Assembly: GCA_951406725.2 (NCBI GenBank) | Contig: OX597815.1 | Span: 214,024,001 to 214,088,000, forward strand | Direction: 5' to 3' | Source of the DNA: Octopus vulgaris | Taxonomy: Eukaryota | Length of the DNA stretch: 64,000 nucleotides | Shown here: positions 26,496 to 39,149 of the stretch, piece after piece | Layout: every line of letters begins with the position of its first letter | Numbering within the stretch: the stretch's first letter is position 1 | The notes under the pieces: model-generated | Seen by the model: only the letters and a program-made list of their open reading frames with translations | Database searches by the model: none | What the model was told of the DNA's origin: nothing | Translations under genes and position numbers: made by a program

Positions 26496-27317
26496 TAAAC
26501 TCTTATTATGTGTTTTCTATTATTATTTACTTTTGTTAAACATAAGCTTGGGTATATTTTTAGTGGAAACGAAAGAACATTTGAGATAATTTCCAACAAA
26601 ATTCACGAAACAAATGAATCAGTTCTATAACTAGTAATCAAAACAGAAACATAATACATGTGAAGTGTCTAACGGTTATGACTGCCAACAAAAGGCACAT
26701 ACCGTGTAGTCGTTTCCGGTGAATTATGAAATTAGGTAAAAGAATATTCGAAAATGAGACGAAATATATAATGTTGATGTTAAATATATCCTTAGCAACT
26801 TTCCAATAGAAATATGCTGAATCTGGCAACCACTGCAGATTCCGAAATGAACGTCTCAGCCATTCAGTTTTCTCTCTTAATATTTTTGAGTGTGTACCGA
26901 GTAAAACAAAAATTAAAGGCTTCCATTAGAAAAGATTAAATATCCAAGAAAAGACAAGGCCAAATGTTTTAATGGAAAACAAACATAAAGTGCAATTATT
27001 AATTGAGTAAATTATCGAATTTGTTGTGGAATATTGAAAGGAGGTCTGGAATTCAGAAATGATTTCGATAGTTGATGGAAACACATCTTCATTACCATTA
27101 ATATAGTAATGTAAATAGCATGATTCTATATAATGTACTGCTATGAATAAGAGAGGAATTAATTTCAATAATGCTGTTTAGAAGCCCCTTTGACACGGAG
27201 TAGTCCTGATAGAGCTGACCCTTGATGAAAGAAACAATTCCGTCATCCAATATTTAGAGCTACATAAGTATATTAATGCATTCTTTTAGGCGATAAAGCA
27301 TAAATTTAAATAAGTAA

Positions 27318-27527
27318 AGGCGGCGAGCTGGCAGAAACGTAGGCACGCCGGGCGAAATGCGTAGCCGTATTTCGTCTGCCGTTACGTTCTGAGTTCAAAT
27401 TCCGCCGAGGTCGACTTTGCCTTTCATCCTTTCGGGATCGATAAATTAAGTACCAGTTACGCACTGGGGTCGATGCAATCGACTTAATCCGTTTGTCTGT
27501 CCTTGTTTGTCATCATGTTTAGAAACA
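27318..27527 (+). mobile_element. Young SINE A, 3'-truncated, with a 25-bp flanking direct repeat
   Basis: gataaagcataa(a/g)tttaaataagta at 27292-27316 and 27528-27552. Confidence 0.9.
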
Positions 27528-27689
27528 GATAAAGCATAAGTTTAAATAAGTATAGCTTATATTTCTAGCAAGTCAAGCCAACAGAGAGAGGGGGAGAAAG
27601 GGAGAGAGGGAGAGGGGAGGAAGTGAGAGAAAGTGGGAGAGAGAGGGAGAGGGAGGGAAGGAGAGAGAGAAAGAGCAAGAAGTATTTTG

Positions 27690-28578
27690 ATGGGAATTTT
27701 GAAATATTTTATTCACTTAGTATTACATGTTTACACTTTTATCGCCTTCAAAGAATTCTCCATTTGAAGCAATGCGTCAGTCCCGACGCATTTTTCACTA
27801 TTCGAAGCAATGCTGGAACTCTTGCAAAGTTATACATTTTAATGCCTCCGTCGTTTTCTCCTTCACCTCTTCCACATCTGCAAATTCCGTAGCACCAGCT
27901 TTCGTCACCACTGATAACCTTCGAAAAACGGTCCGGTTCAACTTCCAACTATTCTTTCAGTTCACGACCCGCATTCAGTCGTAACTGCTTTTGATCTTCC
28001 GTGAGCAAGCGAGGCAAAGGTTTTGCTGCAGCTCTTTTCATTTGCAATTCGTCGTTCAAAATTTGTTGGCACGAGCTCCAGGAAATACCAATCATATCAA
28101 CAAATTCGTCAATTGTTCGACGGTAGCCCTTCATGATCAGTTCATGTATTTTCATGATGTTTTCATTCGTTTGGGAGGTCGACGGTCACTCTGAACGACA
28201 TTGGTCTTCAAGAGAAAAAGCGGCCATTCCTAAATCGTAGATACCACTTGTAAACTTATGTTTTGCTCATAGTAGCGTCCTTGAAAGCTGTTTGAAGTAT
28301 GAGATCTGTTTCGGCCGCTGTTTTCCCCGCCAGAAAACAATTTTTCGGAGGCACGCTGTCCCTTCGTTTCAGCCATCACAAGCAAGAATCGACGAACAAG
28401 GGAGAAGCACTGCAAAACAGAGAAACACCACGTGACAGTAAGACTAGACCTGGCGACGCCGGTTTGCATATCGATGCCTTAGGATTGTATCAAGTGGCTT
28501 CTAGTGGCGGAAGTCTAAATTACGAGGGGCTTGTCCCACAAAGAACGTTTCTTGTTATTTTCGAGTACCCCGTTGTAT
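27690..28578 (-). mobile_element. Internally deleted mariner (transposase pseudogene)
   Basis: HTH region RRTIDEFVDMIGISWSSCQQIL, AAKPLPRLLT (WVPREL-like) and VISGDESWCYG, then a jump to the C-terminus FADVEEVKEK. TIR-like end ...gagtacccc.ttgta. Confidence 0.87.
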
Positions 28579-28669
28579 ATGCAACCAAAAGGTATGGGTC
28601 ATTAAGATAACAAAGGGTGGAACTAAGTACGAATGCAAGGAAAGAGAATTTAGGTTTCTTTTATCTTTT

Positions 28670-29340
28670 ATATTTATTTATTTCACTCACTGGTGCTGTG
28701 GCACTGCCTTCGAGGCTTTACTCGATCAAATTGACCTCGGTATTTATTTACAAGTCTGGTAGTTATTCTATTTATTTTTTTTTGCCGAATCGATAAGCTA
28801 CGTGGACATAAACAAACCAACACCAGTTGTCAAACGACGGTGGGATGGCTCAGTGGTCAGATCTTCGAGCTTACAATCGTTAGGCTGTGAGTTCGAAAGC
28901 CGGACCGGGCTGCATGTGTTTTTTAGCAAAACACTTTATTTCTTCACTTTGCTCCAGTTCACTCAGCTGTAGAAATGAGTTGCGTCGTCACAGGTGCCAA
29001 GCTGTATCGGTCTTTGCCTTTCCCTTGGATAACATCGGTGGTGTGGAGAGGGGAGGCCGGTATGCATGGGCGACTGCTGGTTTCCATAAACAACCTTGCC
29101 TGGACTTGTGCCTGGGAGGGTAATTTTCTCTGAGCAATCCCATGGTCAGTCATGACCGAAGGGAATCTCAGCATACATACACACGACAGGCTTCCACACA
29201 TTTTCCGTGAATTAAAATCACTCACAAGGCATTGGCCTGCTCAGGGCTATAGTAGAAGACACTTGCTCAAGGTACTGTGCAGTGGCATTGAACTCGAAGC
29301 CACATGGTTGTGACGCGAGTTTCGTAGCTACACAGACATG
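28670..29340 (-). mobile_element. Old SINE B interrupted by a plus-strand CORE-like tRNA SINE (family E, about 28845-29170)
   Basis: B tail at 28670-28843 and B head at 29172-29340. The insert has a tggctcagtgg A-box, a gagttcgaa B-box and a CORE-like ctccagttcactcagctgt.gaaatgag segment. Confidence 0.75.
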
Positions 29341-29679
29341 CCGGAACTATTTCAAATCAACTTAAAGAAAAGAAAATACAGTAATAGACATAAAGTAGGT
29401 ATTAATGATGAAGAAGTGCTTCATTACTAACTAGAATAAAAATTATAATTATAGTTATGGTGAGTTCATTAGTTAATCAATTAATTAAATGTAGTTTCCC
29501 TCGAGTCCGAGAAAGACAGTTTTGTAATTTCTTGTTGAATAACCAGCACAGATGATTTTTCTTATAGAGTGCAAATGTTTGTACTGAACACGAGGTCACT
29601 CTCTCGCCTTCAAACTCATAGTTCTTGTGCATTGTGCACTCTGTACCACACTTCAGATGTCAGAATGATTGTAGAGCGA

Positions 29680-29790
29680 AGTGAGATGAAGTGTTTTACT
29701 CAAGGACACATCACACCGCTCCGTCTGATAACCGAAACCGCGATTCCTGGATCGGGAGTACATTATTCTTAACCACTAAGTCACGTGCTA
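29680..29790 (-). mobile_element. Old CORE-like tRNA SINE head (family D-like)
   Basis: Minus strand reads gcacgtgacttagtggttaag...cgcggtttcggtt...gtgtccttgagtaaaacacttc. Confidence 0.6.
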
Positions 29791-29838
29791 TCGATACCTC
29801 ACAGTAATGCACTGCTATATAATCTTTGTCGTAATCCT

Positions 29839-30150
29839 TATCATCATCATCATCGTTTAACGTCCGTTTTCCATGCTGGCATGGGTTGGACGGTTTGATA
29901 GGAGTTTGCCAGCTGAAGAGCTGTCTGTTTTGGCATGGTTTCTACGGATGGATGCCCTTCTTAACGACAACCACTTTACAGAGTGCACTAGGTATTTTAC
30001 GCAGCACCGGTACAGGTGCGTTTACGTGGCACTAGCACCCCAAGCCCACAAGATTAGGAATACTCAGCTAGAGAGGGATGCAGGGGAATTGTTTGTATGC
30101 AAAGACAATCACGCTTTTACTTAGCCTGACCTGTCTTCAAGCACAGCAAA
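29839..30150 (-). mobile_element. Retroelement 3' end with (TGA)n tail (RTE-partner type)
   Basis: atcatcatcatcgtttaacgtccgttttccatgctggcatgggttggacgg. The tail type matches the RTE end at 1-304. Confidence 0.55.
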
Positions 30151-30497
30151 CCGCCTTTTTTTATAATTTTCCCTAACTCACACCTTCGATATTCTACCGT
30201 GTCAAAGTTTGGGGATAGAAGGCTCGAAAGGATGTGTTCAACGACTACATAAGCATTTAAAATAATTTACCGACAGCATAGTACACGTTACTAAGTCATG
30301 TTTGCTTTTAAGTGACGATTGTCTTTTTTTAACACTGTATTAAATAAAGTACCACTATGCTGACAATTATTTTCCCAGCTGCTAGGATTCCTGAGCAAAT
30401 TTGTCACAAATTTATTCTCTAAAATATGCAAATTTGCATGCCTACTTTGGTGATATTGTACATCGCGTGATTCTCACAACAATAATTTAAACATAAC

Positions 30498-30700
30498 AAG
30501 GCAGAGTGCAGGCAGAATCGTTTGCATGCCGGGAAAAATTCTTAGCGGCATTTCATTTGCTCTTACGTTCTGAGTTCAAATTCTGCCGTGGTCGACTTTG
30601 CCTTTCATCATTTCGGGGCTGGCAAAATAAATACCAGTTGACCACTGGGGTCGATGCAATCGATTTACCCCCCCTTCCCCCGAACTTTCAGTCCTTGTGA
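30498..30700 (+). mobile_element. SINE family A
   Basis: gttctgagttcaaattc..gtcgactttgcctttcatc core. Confidence 0.85.
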
Positions 30701-31644
30701 AATCAATAATTGTAACATAACTGGAGTCGCCCCTTCTCTGTCTCTGTCTGTCTGTCTCTTTCTCTCTCTCTCGCTTTCTTTTTGATCGGACTAGTTGAAA
30801 TTAATATTAGTGCTTGACTAAATTTGCCCCTTTTTCTCGTACGGTTATTTCTAATTAGCTTCTTAATTAAATATGGTAGCACTAATTAAGTTGATCTGAA
30901 ATAAAGTCTTACATAACTGAAATCTGACATCATCTCAGCTGCTTCATCCCACAACTAATATTACTGCTTTCCATTGAACTATTTATAGATATTAGATTTT
31001 CTAATGACCCGAAAACGTGACCCCTATCAGAAATGATTAAAGAAAAAGGAACAAGCGTCACAATGGTTCTGAGGTGTATCATATTAAAAGCATTATATCA
31101 TATCCTTTGACTAGCTTGTTTTGTTAGTATTGTCGATCGAGCCTACATATAATCAAACGCCTTTCTCTCATAAAATATCAGCGATTGCAAACTCTGGCAT
31201 TTCTTTCTCCTTTCAGTGTGTGATGCAGTACGACCGTTTCAAACGGCCCCATTTAATTGAACAAGCGGCTCCATTTAATTGAACAAGAGTATGATTTGAA
31301 GGAGGATTGGCTGTAGTTTTTAACGGATCGAACTAGTAATTGTCGGTTCATTAACCATAACTTTAGGATAGAGAAGAACCAGATTTCAGAGAGCTTTCAT
31401 CTATTTTTCGAAATCTGTCATTGATATTTCTCATTTTCTTGTTTCAGTATGGTGTCTAAAAACATGACAATAGATAAAGTAAGATAATATTTCGTTTTGC
31501 TCAACTAGAAGGTCTTCAAATATAAATTTATTAGTTTTTAAGATTTATAAGATAAGAGGAAAAATAGAGAGAGAACGGGGAAAAAAACGAAAAAGAACGA
31601 AAAAGTCGGAGAGAGAAAAATGTGTAGGGATTAACGGATTAGCA

Positions 31645-31731
<87 letters not shown>

Positions 31732-31930
31732 CATACATACATTCATACATACATACATACATACACACACACACATGTATATAATTGAGATTCAGTTGAA
31801 TTAGCTACTTAAGTTGAAGTACCAAGTCAGTGCGGTATTATCCGTGCAATATCCCTCTTCTTGCTCTATTAGAGAATTTAAGCAAAATTATATTAATTTG
31901 TCCAACTGAATAAAACTTCTACTTATTTAA

Positions 31931-32002
31931 GCAGCTGAGGATAGCCCTGCGTAATGATTGCATTGTTCAATTAAATGGAGCCGCTTGAAACGGTCGTACT
32001 GC
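31931..32002 (+). ncRNA. Hammerhead-like motif with extended stem II (imperfect)
   Basis: gcag-CUGAGGA-(uagc...gcuu)-GAAAC-G-GUC-gua-cugc. Stem I is offset by 3 nt. Confidence 0.35.
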
Positions 32003-32332
32003 ATCACCTCTTGATATCCTGTTGTTTATTTTGATTATATATATATACACTCACACATGCAACACGTATACATACAAATATAACTGCATACACATAAATA
32101 TACACACATACATATATATGTGCGCGTGAGCACGTGTATAGGTGTTTATAAATTCGTGCAAAATTATATGTATACAGATCTGTATAGTTGGTAATATATA
32201 TATGAGCGTGTCTGTACCACTGTCTTATTATAGAATGCAGAAAATTCAGAATAAAACTCTGGTGGCAATAATCTAGTCATGAATAATCTAGGGATGACCA
32301 GTGGAAACGTATAGTAAACATGGTAACTATGA

Positions 32333-32460
32333 TTGCGTGTGGTCAAGTGGTTAGAGTGTTCAGTTAATGATCATAAGGTCGTGGGCTCACTTCCTGAACC
32401 GGGTGATGCGTTGCATCCTAGAATAAGGCACTTTATTTCATGCAACTCCAATCTACTTAG
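32333..32460 (+). mobile_element. Old CORE-like tRNA SINE (family D-like)
   Basis: gcgtgtggtcaagtggttagagtg head and cactttatttca...ctccaatctacttag segment. Confidence 0.6.
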
Positions 32461-34549
32461 TTTTCCCGAGCACCAACTGGGCTCGGGTGTATCCTTCTCT
32501 TCCCTCAGCTCTCACTTCCCGACGGTATACTTGATCAAAGTGATGGAGTTGAGAGACTCTGTATATCTTCTGGTGACAATATAGACACCTAAAACAGTTA
32601 GCGAATGGATAGTACATTACTGTCCATTACTGTCCAATCCATACTCGCTCGCGAGCCATGTTTTGCTCTACTACAAAGCGTCAACAAACAAGACAGCCAT
32701 ACTAAACATGGTTACTATGTGAGTAATGATTTCGTCAAAAAATGTGCCAAAAGGCTAGAAAGACATGGCAAGCATTATAGCTATATTGGTGATGAGTTAG
32801 TAATATACTGTATCAACAAACCAGAGAGACATAGTAAATGATTGTTATTTGTAAAACTGAGGAGGGATTCATTGCCTCGCAATCCGATGTAGCTAATTTT
32901 TTAAGGGGATAAGTTAGGTCTACGACACTGACATCCCGTCCGTGGGCGAATGTCTCACTAATCAGAGGTAATCACTGTCCTTGTCAACTCTGGGGATTTT
33001 TCGGAAAAGAAAGGAAAAGAAATTGACATCGAAAGTGTTTAGAGCCATAAACTCTCAACTTCTGTGGACATATATTTCCGTTTCTCATCTAGAAGATTCA
33101 AAATGTTGGGAAGAATTTCATCTGAACCCTGATTTTCTAATTACATCAAAAACTTCTTTGGATGTTCTATAAACAATAAGAATTTGTTCTTTTGTTCTTC
33201 CTTTCTGAAATAAGTTTCTTCAAGAAATTTTACGAATACAAGAGAGAAGGGAGAAAGAAAATCCAAAGCCATAGAGACTATCTATCATATATGTCATTTG
33301 TTCTGCTCTTTGGTCGACTCCATATATGGTATTTGTTTGCGAACTAAAATTAATACCGTTTCTCTGAAGTCAGATCCCCCCCCACTTTCACATAAGGTTC
33401 GCTGAAGTTGAGGGCAAAGTAAAATTTTAATGTCTCTGCTTCTGTTCCGCTTATCTGAGTCTGTTTCCCGTCTTCACATTCTTGTTCGTTAACTTACATT
33501 GCATTCTGCCAAGCAGAGTAGTGAAGAGGGGGCAAGTTCAAAGCGTGTTTCCTGTTTATACGATGCAGCAAGTTTATAGGGGAAAACAATGATTTAAAAC
33601 AAATGGAAACACACAGGAAAATCTATTTGTGACAACAAAATAACAAAATAACAAAAAACAAACAAACATAAGCAGCGACAGAAAGCAAAACAATAACAAC
33701 AAATACAATAGTAATGTTATCAACGTTAAGCTTCTTGCAGAATAGCAACGACAAAATATCGTTTCCAATAACATTAAGGCAGAAAATAACAACAACATCA
33801 ACATCAGCGACGGTTTTATATTGAGAAGAACAATTCACGTCAACTTCAACACAAATATAAATTTTACTGATAGGGAGAGTTGCGCTTACAACAAGAATAA
33901 CAACAACAGCAACAGAAACAAGTACAATTTAAGTAGGAGCAACAACACTAAAAATTGAAAGCACAAGCAGCGATATGAAGGAAAGAAGGAGCTTCTTGGT
34001 AATCGCTCGTCCTGCTGGGAATAGCAGTCACATCTCACTCAAAATCACAGTTTATAAAAAAATAGAGTATGTCTAGAGAAAAAGCCGTGGCAGTCATGGC
34101 TGGAATACATTTGATCATAATTCTGCTCAATAAAGATTGCTCATTTGTGTCGCTAAGCGACTAGAATATATAATTTCAGATTTGTATTATTTGTATTGGT
34201 TGGTATGTGCGTATATGTGCGTGCGTACGCGTGTGTGTGTGGTTAAACTTTCACACGTGAAGTGGACGTCTCCACGCTAGGAGACAAGAGCGTATGTGTG
34301 TGTGTGTGTGTAAGTACTCGCACGCGCGTGTATTTCATGTATATACGTAGCTGTGTGTTTGCTCATGAACTTCATATGGAAAAACACTGAAATGCTGAAC
34401 GAAACGTGGAATGTTTCACTTTACCTCGAATAGATTCTAACTGGAGAATGCAAATCAGTTCTTCGTTGGTATTACTATATCCATGTTAAGGCGACGTTGT
34501 TGTTATTATATCCATGTTATGGCGACCTTGTTGTTATTATATTCATGTT

Positions 34550-34740
34550 AGCAGGCCGGACGAAACGCTCAGCGGTATTTCGCCTGTCGCAACGTTGTGA
34601 ATTCAAATTCCACCGAGGTCGACTTTTCCTTTCATCCTTTCGGGGGTCGATAAATTAAGTACCAGTAAAACACTGGGGTCGATGTAATTGATTCGTCCCC
34701 TCCCTCAAATTTCAGGCCTTGTGCCTAGAATAGAAAAGAC
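34550..34740 (+). mobile_element. SINE family A (5'-truncated)
   Basis: Core match. Confidence 0.85.
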
Positions 34741-34799
34741 TATTTTACCGATGTATAACATTCTGCTTATATAATGCGTATTTCTCGTTCAAATTCTGT

Positions 34800-35340
34800 T
34801 TAAGTAAGTCAGTCCAACCATCCTTAGTTCACATGGAGCATCTGTAAACTCAGAGTACTTATTCATGAGTTCTTCGCCTAATCTTTACTGTTGAGTATAC
34901 GTTATGTACTCACTTCTGTCTCTACTGTTCAGAAGGTGTGGTCTAAGTGTCACGATACAGCACTCAAAAGCTGTCTGAACTGATCGTATACTGCTCCTTC
35001 GATCGCTTCGCTTAGCATAAAATACTTTTAGAGTTTTAGTTAGCCTCTTCTTAACCTTTTAATCTAAGTTGCAGATTACTTCCGCTGACTTGCCTAATAT
35101 ATTAAAATGCTGATACTTACACTGAACCTACGGAAGCATTGCTGCACTTTGAATGCAGACAAGTCTAACTACGCCGTTGACGTATTCATTTGTCGACTCC
35201 AGTTTTATTCACAGCACCAACATATTTCCAACATTCTTCACTGGCGATAGGGAGGATAGACAGAGCATTGTCACACCTATTTCTTGCCTGGTCAATGATC
35301 TTCCCTCCTTTGACTACTGCATGTGAACACTTACCTTGAC
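34800..35340 (-). pseudogene. Highly decayed LINE RT fragment
   Basis: Minus strand near 35030-35120 translates QHFNILGK...CNLD*KVKKRLTKT, resembling the F.YLG...LD.EV..R..KA RT motif. Confidence 0.3.
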
Positions 35341-35430
35341 CAAACTCATTTCCTACATCTCGCGAAAACGTTGTGTCCCAAGTGCCTTGAATATTACTTG
35401 AGTAATATTACTTAGTATTACTTGAGTTTC

Positions 35431-35578
35431 AAGGCAGCGATCTGTCAGAATCGTTATTACGCCGGGCGAAATGCTTAGATCGATAAAATAAGTACCAGTT
35501 GAATACTGGCGCGAATGTAATCGACTTATCCACTTCCCCAAAATTCTTGGCCCTGGGCTAAAGTTTGAAATCAATATT
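35431..35578 (+). mobile_element. SINE A with internal deletion (lacks B-box segment)
   Basis: The head joins directly to tcgataaaataagtaccag. Confidence 0.75.
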
Positions 35579-36671
35579 ACATGAACATCAGCAAAGAAAG
35601 GTATGTCTGACACAAATTTTTCATACTATTTATGTATATATTTATGCGTGCATATAGGTAAGTATGAATATATATCTATGTGTTTAAGCATGAATGTACA
35701 CTGTGTGTGTGTGTGTGTGTGTGCGTGTCTGCGTCGTGTGTGTGTGTGTGTGTGTGTGTATGACATAGCTTGTGTTTGTATCATTCCTTATCATGTTTCT
35801 TCTCTCTTTTCCTGTTGAGAGGTTGTCAGAAACGTGAAACCCAACGAACTAGAAACGTTCAACTTTAATTTCCTTTCAAATGGTCGAAGCTCAAACCTGA
35901 ACACCACGCTATGCGCCAGCAGACAGTTACCCTTACGCACGCAACAAACAATCACACGCACGCACGCACACACATACACATGCACGCACACCCGCTCGCA
36001 AGCAAACGTGCACACACACATATAATACCATACTGATGCATATAAATAAATAAATCTGTTTGTGCTGTATTTTGTGTCTATTAATTCACATTAAAAATTC
36101 AGAAACATGCATAACCTCGGACCCAAGCACCTTCGTACAGATGACTGTACTCACGAACCCATCAGAGTCACTGACGTTCAAATACACCCTCAGATAACTC
36201 ATTCGACCCATTTATATACCTACGAATGTAGAAATAATCTTTGTCTGCATCAAATCTACAATCTCACACTCATACTATACATGTAGTCATTTTGGCTTCT
36301 ACAGAACAAAAGATAGTGTAACTGTATCATTTAGGTGAAGTATCTAACAACAGCGACGTATTTCTTTCCTGAAACTTAGACGTCTAATAGAAGATTTGAA
36401 GACAATTAACCTTTTGTCTTGCCTTAGTTTTTATCTTATTTCTCGGTCTCCTTCACAAGGCTTTCAATGAAATCTCTTTCCTCTTTTCTTATGTTTTCGT
36501 GATTTTTTAAAACTCTCATTTCTCTCCGCTGTGTGAATATTTGCTTACTCAGTTACTTAGTATATACATACATACATACATACATACATACATACATACA
36601 TACATACATCCATTCAATATGTGACCGCGAGTGTATCCGCCTTCCCTTCCTTGGATATTTCCTTTTCCTAT

Positions 36672-36706
36672 GTTTCTGACGAAGAGCTCCGCTCGAAACG
36701 TTAAAT
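36672..36706 (+). ncRNA. Minimal type-I hammerhead ribozyme motif (PLE type)
   Basis: GUUU-CUGACGA-A-GAGC ucc GCUC-GAAAC-GUU^AAAU. The core is intact, with a 4-bp stem II, a loopless palindromic ACGU stem III and stem I GUUU/AAAU. Confidence 0.7.
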
Positions 36707-36794
36707 CCACCTTCTTTCTTTCTTTCCTGAGCGTCCAATGATACTATATCTGTTCCACGTCCTCGCGTTGTTGTGTTTTCATGTTTGGATTAAC

Positions 36795-36869
<75 letters not shown>

Positions 36870-36887
36870 ATATATATATATATGCGC

Positions 36888-36919
<32 letters not shown>

Positions 36920-36920
36920 G

Positions 36921-37500
36921 TAGAGTGTCCATTAAGTCTATTTACAATTTTCAAAATTTATTACAAAAGCAAAGAAATAGATAAATCTGTGAAAATTATT
37001 ACAAAATGATGAGTAGATACTGAAGTTGTTTTTTCTTCCTTTAATGCATTTCTATCTGGGCACCATTAGCTGCACAAAACACACCAAGATAGTAGTGAAT
37101 ATCTTGCCATGTTCACGGTAGCATAGCCGCATCACAGGTGGAATTTGGCATCAGTGATCCTTTGCTTCAGGCCGTTGATATTCCGTATTTTCGTTCGATA
37201 CATAATGTCTTTAACGTAACCCCATAGAAAAAAGTTCAGGGGAATGATTTCCAGGCAATGAGGTAACCAGGGAATTGGTCTATCCCTTCCAATCTACTGG
37301 TCTGGAAATGTTTGATTTAGGAAGTCACGAACGCGCAGTCCCCAATGTGGTGGTGCACCATCTTACTCGAAAATGGTAGTTGGTTGAACGTCATCCACTT
37401 GTGGTGCCACATATTCAGTCAAAAGGTCATATACAGATTGCCGGCCTTTTCGTGGTCAGCAGTTGTCGCGGCAAGACACATCTCTCTTGCCCTAAGGCAT
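36921..37500 (-). mobile_element. Tc1-family transposase 3' half, degenerate
   Basis: Minus-strand translation TIFE*DGAPPHWGLRVRDFLNQTFP..IGR..PIPW......PLNFFLWGYVKD (FQQDGAPPH / WPPRSPDL.PLDFFLWG motifs). Confidence 0.8.
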
Positions 37501-37910
37501 TTTTCTAACACACCAGCTCAAAGTTTACTCGTCCTGTCGAAAAGAGGCCTGTCTGTGATGTCCTGTTTTTGTTATTATTATTATCATTATTGTTTTTACG
37601 TATTTTTGTATTCTTATTCGTGTTATCATTATTGTTTTTACGTATTTTTGTATTCTTATTCGTGTAACATCGTCCGTTTTTCTGTCCTTGTTTTGTATAC
37701 ATACGAGGCTTCTTCCAAGGAATCTAATGCGCTTGGCTTAGATTTTCCTTTGGGGCTGGCCAGATGTGAGCAATCTCAAGATTAATCAGCCGAAATTGCG
37801 AGGATGATCCGGTTCTTGACTGAAGATTGAAGGCTTCGAATGTCCCGTCCGTGTTTTTTGTATCGTCTTCTAAATGTTTTGCGTTCTTGTCCCAATTTGT
37901 ATTTTTTTAC
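37500..37910 (+). mobile_element. Repeat related to the 21040-22068 family, with an internal ~42-bp tandem duplication
   Basis: ggggctggccagat..gagcaatctc.ag...cagccgaaattgc is shared with that family in reverse complement. Confidence 0.6.
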
Positions 37911-38029
37911 ATATACATACATATATATATATACACATACACAGATATATATATACTGATACACAAACCAGCAAATTTATTTCTCTTTTGTGTTCCACAA
38001 TGATGCCTAATGCCTCTAACATTACTTTA

Positions 38030-38390
38030 GGATAAATTCCGCCAAGGTCGACTATGTCTTTCGTCTTTTCGGGGCTGAGCACTGAGGTCGATGTAATCGA
38101 CTGACATCTTCCGTTCAAAATTTCAGGCCTTGAGCCGATAGCAGAAGGGAGTAATTACTTCAGAATACAAAGCGCTGAGGTGGCAAAACCATTAGCACGC
38201 CGGGTAAAATGCAAAGCGGCATTCCATCCAGTTTTACGTTTTGGGTTCAAATATCCGCCGAGGTTTAGTTTGCTTTTCATCATTTTGAGGCCGTTAAAAT
38301 AAAGTACCAGTTGAACATTGCAGTTGATGTAAACGACTATTGTCCTTCCCTAAAAGTTGTTGGGTTTGAGCCAAAATTTAAAACCATTAA
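38030..38390 (+). mobile_element. Two old SINE A copies
   Basis: Core matches at 38035-38145 and 38170-38388. Confidence 0.7.
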
Positions 38391-38980
38391 TTAATTACTT
38401 CAGGATATTCCGTTGTTATATAATTTCATTCCTGGATTATTTCTTTTTCCAGACATCGAAACGAGATGGGATTCCTCGCTATGTTATACGTTAAAGGAAA
38501 ACCTATCTTTCTGGCACTAAGTGACTGACGAATTGCGATATGAGAATGCAGAGTTATAAGAATAGTGCAGTTAAATTATGAGAATAGTAGAGTTAATATA
38601 AAATATAAATGATAAAACTTTTATTTGGAGATTAGTCAGATTAGCCGCGCGCTTTGTAGTGGCCGATATTGCTCTGACTATGACATCTTCGTCAATGTTT
38701 CTGCTTTACGTCTCAAACTAATGCTTATGTTATATACATTAAAATATGTGAAGTTAATTGATACTCTGTATATATAGTTTACTGCTTGTCTTCTGGCTTA
38801 TGTTATATGCAAATGCTTGTTTCCTGCATTTCTATGGCTTACTTTTGCGAAGATTTTTTAATTTGTTGATACTGAGTTTAATTTTTTTTTTTTTTTTGCT
38901 GTGCATCACGTCGTTGTATTGCGTTTGACGATGACCTTCGTTTTTGCTTCATTGCTTAGCTATTTCACTTACATATTCAT

Positions 38981-39143
38981 TGTTTCTTTGTCGCCCTTTT
39001 CAAGCCTAGCCAGGCTCATGGGCCCGGTTTCCCGGTGTCTGTGGCGTATGTGTTCCCCCCAGCTGGACGGGACGCCAGTCCATCGCAGCGTTACTGCCAA
39101 TTTTAGTTCGCTGCCCTAACCACTGGGCCATTGCGCCTCCACA
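38981..39143 (-). mobile_element. Short chimeric SINE (family C 5' half-tRNA plus family D tail) with 12-bp TSD
   Basis: Minus strand: ggaggcgcaatggcccagtggttagggcagcgaact joined to the D tail ...gggaaaccgggcccatgagcctggctaggctt. TSD ttacatattcat at 38969-38980 and 39144-39155. Confidence 0.75.
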
Positions 39144-39149
39144 TTACAT

